From contig JAAYKK010000003.1 in assembly GCA_012522435.1 (NCBI GenBank), positions 1-53,852 on the forward strand: a stretch of DNA of 53,852 bases, read 5' to 3'. The translations under genes and the position numbers were made by a program. The notes below the pieces were generated by a model. The model ran no database searches. It worked only from the letters and a program-made list of their open reading frames with translations, and had not been told where the DNA came from. Shown here piece by piece: positions 29,010-39,180 of the stretch (the stretch's first letter is position 1; the number at the start of each line of letters is the position of its first letter). The stretch is from Clostridiaceae bacterium. GTDB taxonomy: Bacteria > Bacillota > Clostridia > Saccharofermentanales > DTU023.

Positions 29010-31319
29010 TTGTCGGAAGTAATGATCAGTAAAAAATATTTAAAAGTATATTTACTTGATGCAACTCTGGAGTTTGATGCCGAGTATATTTACTTACCTT
29101 TGCCAAACGAAGAACACTATATCGGTCAATTGGTGGAAGTTCCTTTCGGTAGAGGTAATTCTTTGCGTCGGGCGATTATAACCGATCAAACAGACCATTC
29201 CGAATTTAAAAATGTTAAAGAAATAACTAAAATTATTATTAAAAGCCCAATCTACCTTTCTGATCAAATCAGCTTAGCTAAAGAAATGAAAAGAAGATAT
29301 TTTTGTTCAGTAGGTCAGGCTTTAAAAACAATCAGTCCACCCACAGTTTTCGAAGTAGGTAAAAAAACTGCCAGAGCCTGTAAATTAATCGATCCACAAG
29401 AAGCAAAAGATCTTTTAGCAGGAGAGGGTTTTACGAGTTTGCAACAGCAACGTGTTGTGGAGATGTTACTTCAAGTTGATTCAGCCTTGGCTCAGGAAAT
29501 CACTCAAGCTTGCCAAGTAAGTGATTCTGTCCTTAAAACTTTAGAAAGAAAGAATATTCTTGAAATTTTTACCGAAAAAGTTGAGCGAGAAGTTGAAAAC
29601 AATCTAGTTTGGTCCGAGCCGGAAGTAGAACATTTAAATTTAGAACAGGAAAAAGCAATTCAAGGTATTTTGCAACTTGCAAAGCAGAAGCCTGTTTCAT
29701 CAAACAAAAGTTCTTCAGATTCCGAACAAGAATATTTATTGAGGGAAAGTTTATTGTTTGGAATTACCGGAAGTGGTAAAACTGAAGTCTATTTAAGAAT
29801 TGCTCAAGACATTATCAATCAGAGAAGGACAGTTATTATACTGGTGCCTGAAATATCTCTAACCCCCCTAATGATCAGCCGCTTTACAAATAAATTTGCC
29901 GATAAAATTGCTGTCTTACACAGTAGACTTACAGTTACCCAACGATTTGAACAATGGCAAAAAATATTAAACCAAGAAAAACAAATTGTTGTAGGAGCCA
30001 GATCGGCAATTTTTGCTCCTTTAAAAAACATAGGCCTGATTGTGATTGATGAAGAACAGGAAACCTCTTACAGATCTGAAACAACACCGCGTTACGTTGC
30101 CCATGATATAGCGAGGATTAGAGCGATTCAGCATGATTCACTACTCATCTTAGGATCAGCTACGCCCAGTGTTGAAACCTTTCATCGTACAGAAATTGGT
30201 AAATCCCGTTTATTTAAATTAACTCAAAGAGCCAAACAAGCTCCTCTGCCCAAAGTTCATTTTTGTGCAATGAATCAGGAACATGCAAGACCTGACTTTG
30301 ATGGAGTGTTCAGTCGAAAACTACTGACAAATCTTCAAAACACTTTTGACAAAGGCGGTCAAGCAATGCTGTTTATTAATCGCAGAGGCTTTGCCGCCAT
30401 CTTGCAATGTAATTCATGTGGTTATGTAGTAAAATGCCCTAATTGCGAAGTTGCAATGACGAGACATACTAATCAACATAACAGAAGAGCAAAGAGATTA
30501 ATATGTCATTATTGCGGACTTATCAAACCTGTTATGACAACTTGTCCTGTCTGCCAATCTGAGCAAATGGATAGTTCCGGTTTAGGAACTCAAATGGTGG
30601 AAGATGCTTTTTACAAGCATTTTCCGGACTATAGAGCTTTACGTATGGATTTTGATACTACTGTCGGACTTAATGCTCATCAAGAAATTCTCACAGCTTT
30701 TGGAGAAGGCGAGGCTGATTGTCTAATCGGAACACAGATGATAGCAAAGGGACACGATTTTCCGAATGTCCAAACCGTTGGTATTCTGGCAGTTGATTCA
30801 TTGCTGAATACCGGAACCTATAAATCAGAGGAAAGAGCGTTTCAATTACTTACCCAAGCAGCAGGCAGATCAGGACGTTCTGATATTCAAGGTAATGTTT
30901 TTTTGCAAGGTTATGGTTTAGATAACCATGTAATCAAGAGTGCTGCAGAACAGGATTATTTAAAATTTTATAAAGCTCAATTAGAATTTAGAAAAAGAGC
31001 AGAATTTCCACCTTTTGGACAAATAGGTATTATCATGATCCAAGGTTTAGTTGAGCGTACTGTTAGAAATGAAGCAACTAATCTTTTTATTTCTTTACAG
31101 AAAGCTATGCAAAATGATGTAGAATATTTTAAAGGTGTGACCCTTTATACTCCGGCTCCCGCACCTATTGCTCGCTTGAGAAAAAGATATCGTTACCGGT
31201 TAATTATCAAAAGCCCAAAGGTTCTCCAAATAGCTCAAATGTTTTATTTTATTTCAAGACGCAAAAAGCCGAGTGGAGTTGGAATCAGTCTGGATATTAA
31301 CCCGGAGCACATGTTATAA
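29010..31319 (+). CDS. priA: Primosomal protein N' (replication restart helicase)
   Basis: GITGSGKT, LVPEISLT, DEEQ, GSATP, four CxxC pairs, KGHDFP, QAAGRSGR; start uncertain (TTG 29010 after GGAG). Confidence 0.95.
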   Translation: MSEVMISKKYLKVYLLDATLEFDAEYIYLPLPNEEHYIGQLVEVPFGRGNSLRRAIITDQTDHSEFKNVKEITKIIIKSPIYLSDQISLAKEMKRRYFCSVGQALKTISPPTVFEVGKKTARACKLIDPQEAKDLLAGEGFTSLQQQRVVEMLLQVDSALAQEITQACQVSDSVLKTLERKNILEIFTEKVEREVENNLVWSEPEVEHLNLEQEKAIQGILQLAKQKPVSSNKSSSDSEQEYLLRESLLFGITGSGKTEVYLRIAQDIINQRRTVIILVPEISLTPLMISRFTNKFADKIAVLHSRLTVTQRFEQWQKILNQEKQIVVGARSAIFAPLKNIGLIVIDEEQETSYRSETTPRYVAHDIARIRAIQHDSLLILGSATPSVETFHRTEIGKSRLFKLTQRAKQAPLPKVHFCAMNQEHARPDFDGVFSRKLLTNLQNTFDKGGQAMLFINRRGFAAILQCNSCGYVVKCPNCEVAMTRHTNQHNRRAKRLICHYCGLIKPVMTTCPVCQSEQMDSSGLGTQMVEDAFYKHFPDYRALRMDFDTTVGLNAHQEILTAFGEGEADCLIGTQMIAKGHDFPNVQTVGILAVDSLLNTGTYKSEERAFQLLTQAAGRSGRSDIQGNVFLQGYGLDNHVIKSAAEQDYLKFYKAQLEFRKRAEFPPFGQIGIIMIQGLVERTVRNEATNLFISLQKAMQNDVEYFKGVTLYTPAPAPIARLRKRYRYRLIIKSPKVLQIAQMFYFISRRKKPSGVGISLDINPEHML

Positions 31320-31352
31320 TCGGGAACGATAATTAGAAAGTAGATAATAATC

Positions 31353-31913
31353 ATGGCATTAAGAAATATAGTTACTGTAGATACAGATCGGACCTCAGTT
31401 TTACGTAAGAAAACCAGAATTGTTGAAAAATTTGATGAAAGACTGAAAGAATTAGCTGCAGACATGATTGAGACAATGCATGAAGCTAACGGAGTAGGGT
31501 TGGCAGCTCCTCAAGTCGGTATTTTGCGAAGGATGTTTGTGATGAATGTTGATCCAGAAGAAGGAGATCTTGTAATCATCAATCCTGAAATAATTGATCC
31601 AGAAGGAGCTGATGTAGCTTATGAAGGATGTTTATCAGTACCGCAAATGTATGGACAAGTTAAAAGACCGACCAGACTTAAGTTAAAGTATCAGGATCTA
31701 CAAGGTGAAGTTCAGGAAATTGAAGCAGAAGGATTAAAAGCCAGATGCATTTGCCATGAAACGGACCATATTAATGGAATTATGTTTACTGATAAAATAA
31801 TTGGTGAATTAATTCATGAATCAAAATTAATCGAAGATGAAGCAAAACGTGATCCAAAAAGTTCTGAACAAGACTTAAAGCCGGATTCAGTTGAAATCAT
31901 TGAAGAGAATTAG
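31353..31913 (+). CDS. def: Peptide deformylase
   Basis: GVGLAAPQ, EGCLS, HETDH. Confidence 0.96.
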   Translation: MALRNIVTVDTDRTSVLRKKTRIVEKFDERLKELAADMIETMHEANGVGLAAPQVGILRRMFVMNVDPEEGDLVIINPEIIDPEGADVAYEGCLSVPQMYGQVKRPTRLKLKYQDLQGEVQEIEAEGLKARCICHETDHINGIMFTDKIIGELIHESKLIEDEAKRDPKSSEQDLKPDSVEIIEEN

Positions 31914-31922
31914 GATGCTACA

Positions 31923-32885
31923 TTGAGAAAACAATCTAATATTGATAATAAACATAAGATAATTTTTATGGGGACACCTGATTTTGCTGTTCCTGCATTA
32001 TCTGCATTATATGAAGCCGGATTTAATATAATCTTAGTAATCAGCCAACCGAATAAACCACAAGGTAGAAAACAGACTGTCAAACCGACTCCTGTGGCAA
32101 GTTTCGCTTTGCAGAAAAATTTGCCCCTGTTTCAGCCAACGTCGATCAATGATCCGGCAACAATTAATAAGTTGATTCAGTTAGAGCCTGATTTAATAAT
32201 TACCGCAGCGTATGGACAAATTTTAACTAAAGCTGTATTAACAATACCCAAGTATGGCTGCCTTAATATTCATGCATCATTATTACCTTTATATCGTGGA
32301 GCAGCTCCAATCAATGCTGCAATTATTGATGGCCAAACTGAAACGGGTATTACTCTAATGCAAATGGATGAGGGTTGTGATACAGGAGACATCCTATTGC
32401 AAGAGAAAATTGAGATAGATGCTCAGGCAACAGCCGGTTCAATCTTCACCGAATTATCCGAGCTGGGCGGCGAAGCTATAGTTGATTTTTTACCTGATTT
32501 CTTCGCCGGAAGAATTAATCCGGTCTCTCAAGATGAAGAGTATGTAACATATGCTCCGAAAATGTCACGCCAAACAGGTAAAATTGATTGGAATAAATCC
32601 GCATCTGAAATAGATTGTTTAATCAGAGGCACTCAACCGTGGCCGGGTGCATATACGCATTATAATAATCAGCGTATGAAAATTTTTTCCGCTGAGCTTG
32701 TAAAACAAGAAAAGGTAGAAGGAAAGCCCGGTGAATTGTTGTCCTGTGACGGTGGATTAATAATACAATGTGGTTTAGATGCAATAAAATTAAAAGAGAT
32801 ACAGATGGCTTCGGGACGTCAGATGAGCACTGAAATATGTGCGCATAACTATCGACCGGGAGTTATTTTAGGAAAGGACGACTAA
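31923..32885 (+). CDS. fmt: Methionyl-tRNA formyltransferase
   Basis: FMGTPDF, AAYG, NIHASLLPLYRGAAP, DTGD, PWPG. Confidence 0.96.
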   Translation: MRKQSNIDNKHKIIFMGTPDFAVPALSALYEAGFNIILVISQPNKPQGRKQTVKPTPVASFALQKNLPLFQPTSINDPATINKLIQLEPDLIITAAYGQILTKAVLTIPKYGCLNIHASLLPLYRGAAPINAAIIDGQTETGITLMQMDEGCDTGDILLQEKIEIDAQATAGSIFTELSELGGEAIVDFLPDFFAGRINPVSQDEEYVTYAPKMSRQTGKIDWNKSASEIDCLIRGTQPWPGAYTHYNNQRMKIFSAELVKQEKVEGKPGELLSCDGGLIIQCGLDAIKLKEIQMASGRQMSTEICAHNYRPGVILGKDD

Positions 32886-32888
32886 CAT

Positions 32889-33584
32889 ATGGCATGGTAT
32901 TGGATCTTAATCATTCCTGTAATGATTTTTAGTCTCATAGCACAGATTAGAGTGAGTAGCACATTTCGAAAATACAATCAGGTACCGGCAAGGAATGGTC
33001 TGACCGGAACTGATGCAGCGAGAACAATACTCGATATGAATAACTTGCAAAATGTAAGAATAGAAGGTGTAGCGGGAGAATTATCAGATCATTATGACCC
33101 AAGATCTAAAGTTTTACGTCTATCAGATTCAACTCGCAATAGTCCTTCAATTGCCGCCATCGGTGTAGCAGCTCATGAAGCAGGACATGCTATCCAAGAT
33201 AGCGTGAATTATACACCGAATAAAATACGTGCAGCATTAGTACCTGTCGCTAATATTGGCTCGACAGCAGGTCCATATTTAGCAATCTTTGGGATTATTC
33301 TCAGTTATACCGCTCAATTCGGCTTAACTCTTGCTTATATTGGCTTGGGCTTATATTTCTTTGCTTTTTTGTTTTATCTAATTACTTTGCCGGTAGAGTT
33401 CAATGCCAGTAATAGAGCTATTAAAATATTGAATTCTAGTGGAATGTTGGCTCAAGATGAAATCAAAGGCGCAAAAAAAGTGTTAAGTGCTGCTGCTATG
33501 ACTTATATTGCTTCAGCTATAACGGCATTATTATCATTATTGCGGTTGCTTGCCCTGGTTTCAGGTTCCAGACGTCGTAATTAG
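32889..33584 (+). CDS. Membrane zinc metallopeptidase (YugP family)
   Basis: LSDHYDP, AAHEAGHA, TLPVEFNAS, AAAMTY. Confidence 0.88.
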   Translation: MAWYWILIIPVMIFSLIAQIRVSSTFRKYNQVPARNGLTGTDAARTILDMNNLQNVRIEGVAGELSDHYDPRSKVLRLSDSTRNSPSIAAIGVAAHEAGHAIQDSVNYTPNKIRAALVPVANIGSTAGPYLAIFGIILSYTAQFGLTLAYIGLGLYFFAFLFYLITLPVEFNASNRAIKILNSSGMLAQDEIKGAKKVLSAAAMTYIASAITALLSLLRLLALVSGSRRRN

Positions 33585-33605
33585 TAAAATAGTTGTCGAA
33601 TTAAA

Positions 33606-34973
33606 ATGAGTTCTTTTGATTATCCGAGATCGATCGCTGTTAAAGCATTGGATCAGATCTTAAATAATGACCAATTTTCTAATGATGTTTTAAATCAATT
33701 ATTACCTGACCCTAAATTATCAATTCTCGATCGAAAATTTATTACGGCTTTAGTTTACGGTGTGTTGGATTATTTACCATTATTGGATGAGATGATTATC
33801 AAGGCCTCGGATAGACCTTTAACAGGGATTGATCCTTATATTTTAAATATTTTACGTTTAGGTGTTTGGCAAATCAAGTTCGCAGAAAAAATTCCTCAAT
33901 CTGCAGCAGTAGATGAAAGTGTTAAATTGACATCTTATTTTAATAAAAGATCTGCTTCAGGTTTTGTAAATGCAGTTTTAAGACAGGTGATACGTAAACC
34001 GTTAAGATTAAAAAAGAAACAGCAATATCTCAAATACGGGATGTCTGCAGAAATATTCGGTTTATATAAAAAATGGTTTGGTGAGCGAGATGCTGTAGCA
34101 ATAGCAGAGAGCTACTTATCTCAGGAGCAAAAAATCTCCGTGATTTACCTAGGTCCCAAGGAGGAAAAGGATAATTGGTTAGATGAACTGAATTCTTTAG
34201 GAATTGTTACAGAACCGGGAATTTTAGTTGAACAAGCAATTATCTTGCACAACTTAACAACGGACATCAAAAATTTGCCCGGCTATGACCAAGGATATTT
34301 TTATGTTCAAGATGAGTCGTCAATGCTTGTATCTGAAATAATGCAACTAAGTCCTAACGCTAAAGTTTTAGACGCTTGTGCCGGACTCGGTGGAAAATCT
34401 TTTAGTTTGCTAGCTAATAATCCTGATCTTGAAATAATCGCACTTGAACCAAATCGAGATCGTTTTAGAGGATTGAATGAGAACATAAGACGTTTGAAAT
34501 TATCGCAAGTAAGAAGTTTGGCAATGGATTTGCAAAACTTTACTCTTGAGCAGCTTAAAACAGGCGATCAGTTTGAACAAATAATTTTGGATGTGCCCTG
34601 TAGCGGTCTTGGAGTCATAAAGCATAAGCCGGAAATCAAATTGAATTTAAGCTATGAACAAATAATAGAATATCCAAAAATACAGTTGGATTTGTTAGAG
34701 CACGCGGCAACCCTGGTTAAACCCGGTGGAAAATTGTTATATAGTACATGTACTATTAATCCGGCGGAAAATGAACTGCTAATTGAACAATTTTTAAATA
34801 CTGACTACGGTAAAAAGTTTAAAGTTGCAGATCTTTTAGACTATATATCTAATTTGACTACTAAATATGGGGCAGAGTTAAGAAGTGGATTAAGTAAATA
34901 TGGATTAACAATAAGGCCTGATTTAATCCCGGTTGACGGTTTTTTTATCAGCTATCTTACAAGAATTAGATAA
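33606..34973 (+). CDS. rsmB: 16S rRNA m5C967 methyltransferase
   Basis: NusB-like N-terminus (GFVNAVLR), VQDESS, DACAGLGGKS, DVPCSG, YSTCT, DGFF. Confidence 0.92.
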   Translation: MSSFDYPRSIAVKALDQILNNDQFSNDVLNQLLPDPKLSILDRKFITALVYGVLDYLPLLDEMIIKASDRPLTGIDPYILNILRLGVWQIKFAEKIPQSAAVDESVKLTSYFNKRSASGFVNAVLRQVIRKPLRLKKKQQYLKYGMSAEIFGLYKKWFGERDAVAIAESYLSQEQKISVIYLGPKEEKDNWLDELNSLGIVTEPGILVEQAIILHNLTTDIKNLPGYDQGYFYVQDESSMLVSEIMQLSPNAKVLDACAGLGGKSFSLLANNPDLEIIALEPNRDRFRGLNENIRRLKLSQVRSLAMDLQNFTLEQLKTGDQFEQIILDVPCSGLGVIKHKPEIKLNLSYEQIIEYPKIQLDLLEHAATLVKPGGKLLYSTCTINPAENELLIEQFLNTDYGKKFKVADLLDYISNLTTKYGAELRSGLSKYGLTIRPDLIPVDGFFISYLTRIR

Positions 34974-35015
34974 ATACTTGATTCTTAATTTTGCTTAGTT
35001 TATTTTATTAAAACT

Positions 35016-36056
35016 ATGACAAACAATCAAAAATTAAAGAAAATATTTTATGATTTTGATCGAGCTGATTTTACTGAATTTGCCGCAAAATATAATTGGC
35101 AAAAGTTTAGGGTGAATCAATTGTTAGAGTGGCAGGAAAAATCTGTACAGTCTACTGCCGAGATGACTAATCTCTCAAAAGAAATGCGTCAGATTTTAGA
35201 ACAAGAGATGTTTTGGCCTGCGTTAAAAATTATTAAAATTGAGCACTCTCATCTCGAACCGGTAAATAAATATTTGTTTGAATTGCAAGATGGAAACAGA
35301 ATAGAAACCGTTTCAATGCATTATGATTACGGTCATTCCGTATGTCTGACAACTCAAGTCGGATGTAAGATGGGTTGTGATTTTTGTGCTTCTGCCAAAT
35401 TAGGTTTTATACGCAATTTGTCTGCCGGTGAAATGCTGGCTCAAATCACCATGATTTCCAGAGAAGAAAAATCTCGAGTCAGTCATGCAGTCTTAATGGG
35501 AATAGGGGAACCGTTAGATAATTACTTGGAAACCGTTAAATTTTTACGTAATTTAAGATCAGAAGACGGTTATTCTATGAGTATGAGAAATATTACAATT
35601 TCTACTTGTGGTTTAGTTCCTCAAATCAGAAAACTTGCCGAAGAAAATTTGCCTATAACGTTGGCTATATCATTACATGCTGCAGATCAAGCAGTTAGAG
35701 AAAAATTAATGCTGATTGCTAAACGCTATCCTGTGCAGGAAATTATTGAAGCAGCAGATTATTATTTTGCAAAAACGGGTAGAAGAGTTACTTATGAATA
35801 TACTTTATTCGACAAAATCAATGATCAGAGAGAGCATGCTGAACAATTGGTCGAACTGTTGAAGGGTAAACCGGTTCACATTAATCTGATTTCGGCAAAT
35901 GAAGTTCCGGGATCAATCTGGACCAGATCAAGCACGATAGCTATTCAAAATTTTCTCAAGATCTTGCAAAAGAATAAGTTAAATGCAACGGTTCGTTACT
36001 CGGCTGGTCAAGATATAACTGCTGCTTGTGGACAGTTAAGGCGGCAAACTTACTGA
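35016..36056 (+). CDS. rlmN: 23S rRNA A2503 C2-methyltransferase (radical SAM)
   Basis: CKMGCDFC, MGIGEP, ISLHA, AACGQL. Confidence 0.94.
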   Translation: MTNNQKLKKIFYDFDRADFTEFAAKYNWQKFRVNQLLEWQEKSVQSTAEMTNLSKEMRQILEQEMFWPALKIIKIEHSHLEPVNKYLFELQDGNRIETVSMHYDYGHSVCLTTQVGCKMGCDFCASAKLGFIRNLSAGEMLAQITMISREEKSRVSHAVLMGIGEPLDNYLETVKFLRNLRSEDGYSMSMRNITISTCGLVPQIRKLAEENLPITLAISLHAADQAVREKLMLIAKRYPVQEIIEAADYYFAKTGRRVTYEYTLFDKINDQREHAEQLVELLKGKPVHINLISANEVPGSIWTRSSTIAIQNFLKILQKNKLNATVRYSAGQDITAACGQLRRQTY

Positions 36057-36191
36057 ATCTTAAGCATTCTTAATAAACGTACTAAGCCGGTAATGCTTGC
36101 TACTCACTTTGCTTGATGATAAAATAAGAATTTGCAAATAAGTATAAATAGAGACTTTTTTATTTATTGTAATATTATGGAAGAGTTAGAT

Positions 36192-36941
36192 ATGTTAGAA
36201 AAGTTTAAAGTAGCCGCTTTGTCGGATATTGGTCTTGTACGTGCAGGAAATGAGGATAATTTCGGGGTTGTCACATTTGACGATGATTTCCCTCTGGTTT
36301 GTATTGTAGCAGACGGAATGGGTGGACATCTTAACGGCGAATTAGCCAGCAAAATAGCTGTAGAATATTCTCAGAAACGTTTAAGCGAAGATTTACCATC
36401 AGTCAATGATCCGGAACAGATTAAGATCTTATTAAATGATGTTATTCAAAAAGCAAATATAAAAGTATATTTAAGCTCTTTAGAAACTCCGAAAAACAAA
36501 GGGATGGGAACAACTTTAACCATTGCCGTCTTCTATCAATCAAGCGTTTACATAGGTCATATCGGCGATTCCAGATGTTATTTGTTGCGAGATAGGTATT
36601 TGGATTGTTTAACTATAGATCATACGGTTATTCATGAAATGATGGAAGCAGGTACAATTACTCAGGCAGAAGTATATACTCATCCTCAAAGACATGTTTT
36701 AACACAAGCACTGGGGTCTTCGGAGTATTTAAAACCCGACATAGTGCATTTAGATTTGCAAAAACAAGACCGGTTTTTGTTGTGTAGTGATGGTTTACAT
36801 GGATATGTTGAAGATAACGTAATTGAAAATGTCCTGGCACAAAACAATGAACCGGAAACAATCTGTGAAGTTTTAATTGAAAAAGCAAATCAAGCGGGCG
36901 GCAAAGATAATATCACAACAGTCGTAGTTTTTTACAAGTGA
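36192..36941 (+). CDS. prpC: PP2C-family Ser/Thr phosphatase (Stp1/PrpC)
   Basis: RAGNED, VADGMGG, MGTT, HIGDSR, CSDGL, GGKDN; start uncertain (ATG 36177 or 36192). Confidence 0.92.
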   Translation: MLEKFKVAALSDIGLVRAGNEDNFGVVTFDDDFPLVCIVADGMGGHLNGELASKIAVEYSQKRLSEDLPSVNDPEQIKILLNDVIQKANIKVYLSSLETPKNKGMGTTLTIAVFYQSSVYIGHIGDSRCYLLRDRYLDCLTIDHTVIHEMMEAGTITQAEVYTHPQRHVLTQALGSSEYLKPDIVHLDLQKQDRFLLCSDGLHGYVEDNVIENVLAQNNEPETICEVLIEKANQAGGKDNITTVVVFYK

Positions 36942-36961
36942 TGTTGTCATTTGGAGGTTAA

Positions 36962-39151
36962 ATGAAAGTCAATAGTCAGAATTTGTCATCCGGTACGGTT
37001 TTAGGTGGCCGTTACAGTATTGTCAGAGCATTAGGGCAAGGTGGAATGGCCCATGTTTATTTGGCGGAAGACTTACAAAGTAATCAATATGTGGCTTTGA
37101 AAGTTATGCGTGATGAGTTGTCAGATGATCCTGAGTTTATCAGGCGATTTGCCACTGAAGCTAGAGCTGCAGCAAGCTTGGATCATCCGAATATCGTTGC
37201 GGTTTTGGACTATGGGCAGGATGATGAAATTAGATATATAGTTCAAGAATATGTAGAAGGAAAAACTCTCAAAGATTTAATCAGAGAACAAGGTGTTCTT
37301 GATTATCATTTGGCCATACCTTTAATGGTTCAAATCGGACTTGCATTGGAGCATGCCCATAAAAGAGGAGTTATTCATCGTGATATGAAACCTCAGAATG
37401 TAATGATTACTTCTGATATGGTCGCGAAAGTAACTGATTTCGGAATTGCCAGAACATCAAATGCTAATACTATAACTTTAACCGGCGGTATAGCTTTCGG
37501 TTCTGTACATTATTTTTCACCGGAGCAAGCTAGAGGTGGCCATGTAACAGAGAGATCTGATCTTTATTCTTTAGGGATTATGCTTTATGAAATGTTAAGT
37601 GGTGAATTGCCGTTTGACGGTGATTCTTCTGTTGCAGTTGCTATTAAACAGCTTCAGGAAATGCCTGATCCACCTAGCAGATACACGGGTAGTTTGCCCA
37701 GAGCTTTAGATAATATTGTTTTTAAAGCGATTCAGAAAAGTCCGGGTAACCGTTATGAGTCTGCCAGAGAATTTGTCGATGAATTAGATGCTTTTTTACA
37801 AAATCCGGAAGGCAGATATGGTGTAGTTAAAGGTGATCGCAATAAGGTGTTGGCTTCTTCTGCTTTAGGGGGTAAAGCCAAAGGATCAAATTTTGATAAA
37901 ATTCATGAGATCGAAACTACGCTTAATAAAAGCAGAAGAACTAGAACAAGAGATACAGCAGTCGTTATCTCAATCGTAATTTTGACTGTTGTTTTAGTTG
38001 TTGCCGGAGTTTTATGGTTGATCAATTCAGTTAAAAATTCCGGTGCTGAAGGAGAAGATTTCTTTGTTCTTGAGGATTATACCGGAGAGAATATTAAAAT
38101 AGTAGCTAATAAGTTAGTAAATGATCATGGTCTAGAACTGGATAAAGATTTTTTCATTGAATGGGTGGAAAATGACGTAACTGAAGAAAACATTTTTGAT
38201 CAGGATCCAAAACCAAAACAAAAGTTTTTTATCGGGCAAGACAAATTGACCTTAAAAGTTAGTGCAGGGCTTGATGTATCTTATGTTCCTGATGTCATCG
38301 GGAAAAGTAAAGAGGAAGCTGTCTCAATTTTGGAAGATTTGAAATATAATGTTCTCATTAAATATCAAAACTCTGAAACAGTAGATAAAGACGATGTAAT
38401 AAACACATTACCAAGATCAGGCAGCATTTTGCCTAAAGGTGAAACTGTAACTATTTTTGTTTCTGAAGGTCCAAGTGATTCTAAAACCGGAACGACCATC
38501 GTTCCGAGCATTGTAGGCTTGAGCTGGTCAGATGCAATGGATGCATTATCCAGAGCTAACCTCAATCTTGGTGCAGCAGTTGGGTACGACGGAAGTGTTG
38601 CTGAAAAGGATCGGGTGATTATAAAACAAACTCCAAAAGAGGGGACTGAAGTAAATGTAAATTCTGAAGTTGCAGTTACTTATGGCACTTCTAAACAATA
38701 TGATGAATATAGAAATCCTACAGAAGCTACAACTACTATTTCAAACAAAATGCCCAATTTAGTAGGTTCTACCTGGGCATCAGCAATGGATACGATCAAT
38801 AGGATCGGAACCCAATATCCGATTTCTATCAGTGTTGGATATCAATCGGCAGCTTCCAGAGCTGAAGCAAATCACAATGATAATCCGGGAGATGTTTATA
38901 TTCTGGGACAATCGGTAAGTGCGGGTACTGACTTGAGCGGTGTATCAAAAATTGAATTCCGTTTAGGTACTTATAATGATTATCACGGTATAACAGAACC
39001 GACTAGTCCACCTGAAACAACGCCGTCTACAACACCGACAACTACACCGACTACACCGCAAACAACAACTCAGCCGACAACTACTCCAACAACCACTGAA
39101 GCTCCTTCAACTGAACCGCCTGATGAAGACATTCCGCCTCCGGAAGATTGA
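36962..39151 (+). CDS. prkC: PASTA-domain Ser/Thr kinase (PrkC/PknB/Stk1)
   Basis: GQGGMA, VALK, HRDMKPQN, DFG, SPEQARG; one TM; three to four PASTA-like repeats; Thr/Pro tail. Confidence 0.94.
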   Translation: MKVNSQNLSSGTVLGGRYSIVRALGQGGMAHVYLAEDLQSNQYVALKVMRDELSDDPEFIRRFATEARAAASLDHPNIVAVLDYGQDDEIRYIVQEYVEGKTLKDLIREQGVLDYHLAIPLMVQIGLALEHAHKRGVIHRDMKPQNVMITSDMVAKVTDFGIARTSNANTITLTGGIAFGSVHYFSPEQARGGHVTERSDLYSLGIMLYEMLSGELPFDGDSSVAVAIKQLQEMPDPPSRYTGSLPRALDNIVFKAIQKSPGNRYESAREFVDELDAFLQNPEGRYGVVKGDRNKVLASSALGGKAKGSNFDKIHEIETTLNKSRRTRTRDTAVVISIVILTVVLVVAGVLWLINSVKNSGAEGEDFFVLEDYTGENIKIVANKLVNDHGLELDKDFFIEWVENDVTEENIFDQDPKPKQKFFIGQDKLTLKVSAGLDVSYVPDVIGKSKEEAVSILEDLKYNVLIKYQNSETVDKDDVINTLPRSGSILPKGETVTIFVSEGPSDSKTGTTIVPSIVGLSWSDAMDALSRANLNLGAAVGYDGSVAEKDRVIIKQTPKEGTEVNVNSEVAVTYGTSKQYDEYRNPTEATTTISNKMPNLVGSTWASAMDTINRIGTQYPISISVGYQSAASRAEANHNDNPGDVYILGQSVSAGTDLSGVSKIEFRLGTYNDYHGITEPTSPPETTPSTTPTTTPTTPQTTTQPTTTPTTTEAPSTEPPDEDIPPPED
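38991..39148 (+). repeat. Low-complexity Thr/Pro coding repeat at the kinase C-terminus
   Basis: TEPTSPPETTPSTTPTTTPTTPQTTTQPTTTPTTTEAP; ACAACACCG/ACTACACCG units. Confidence 0.7.
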
Positions 39152-39180
39152 TTAGAATGAAGGAAGATTCTTAGATACAT

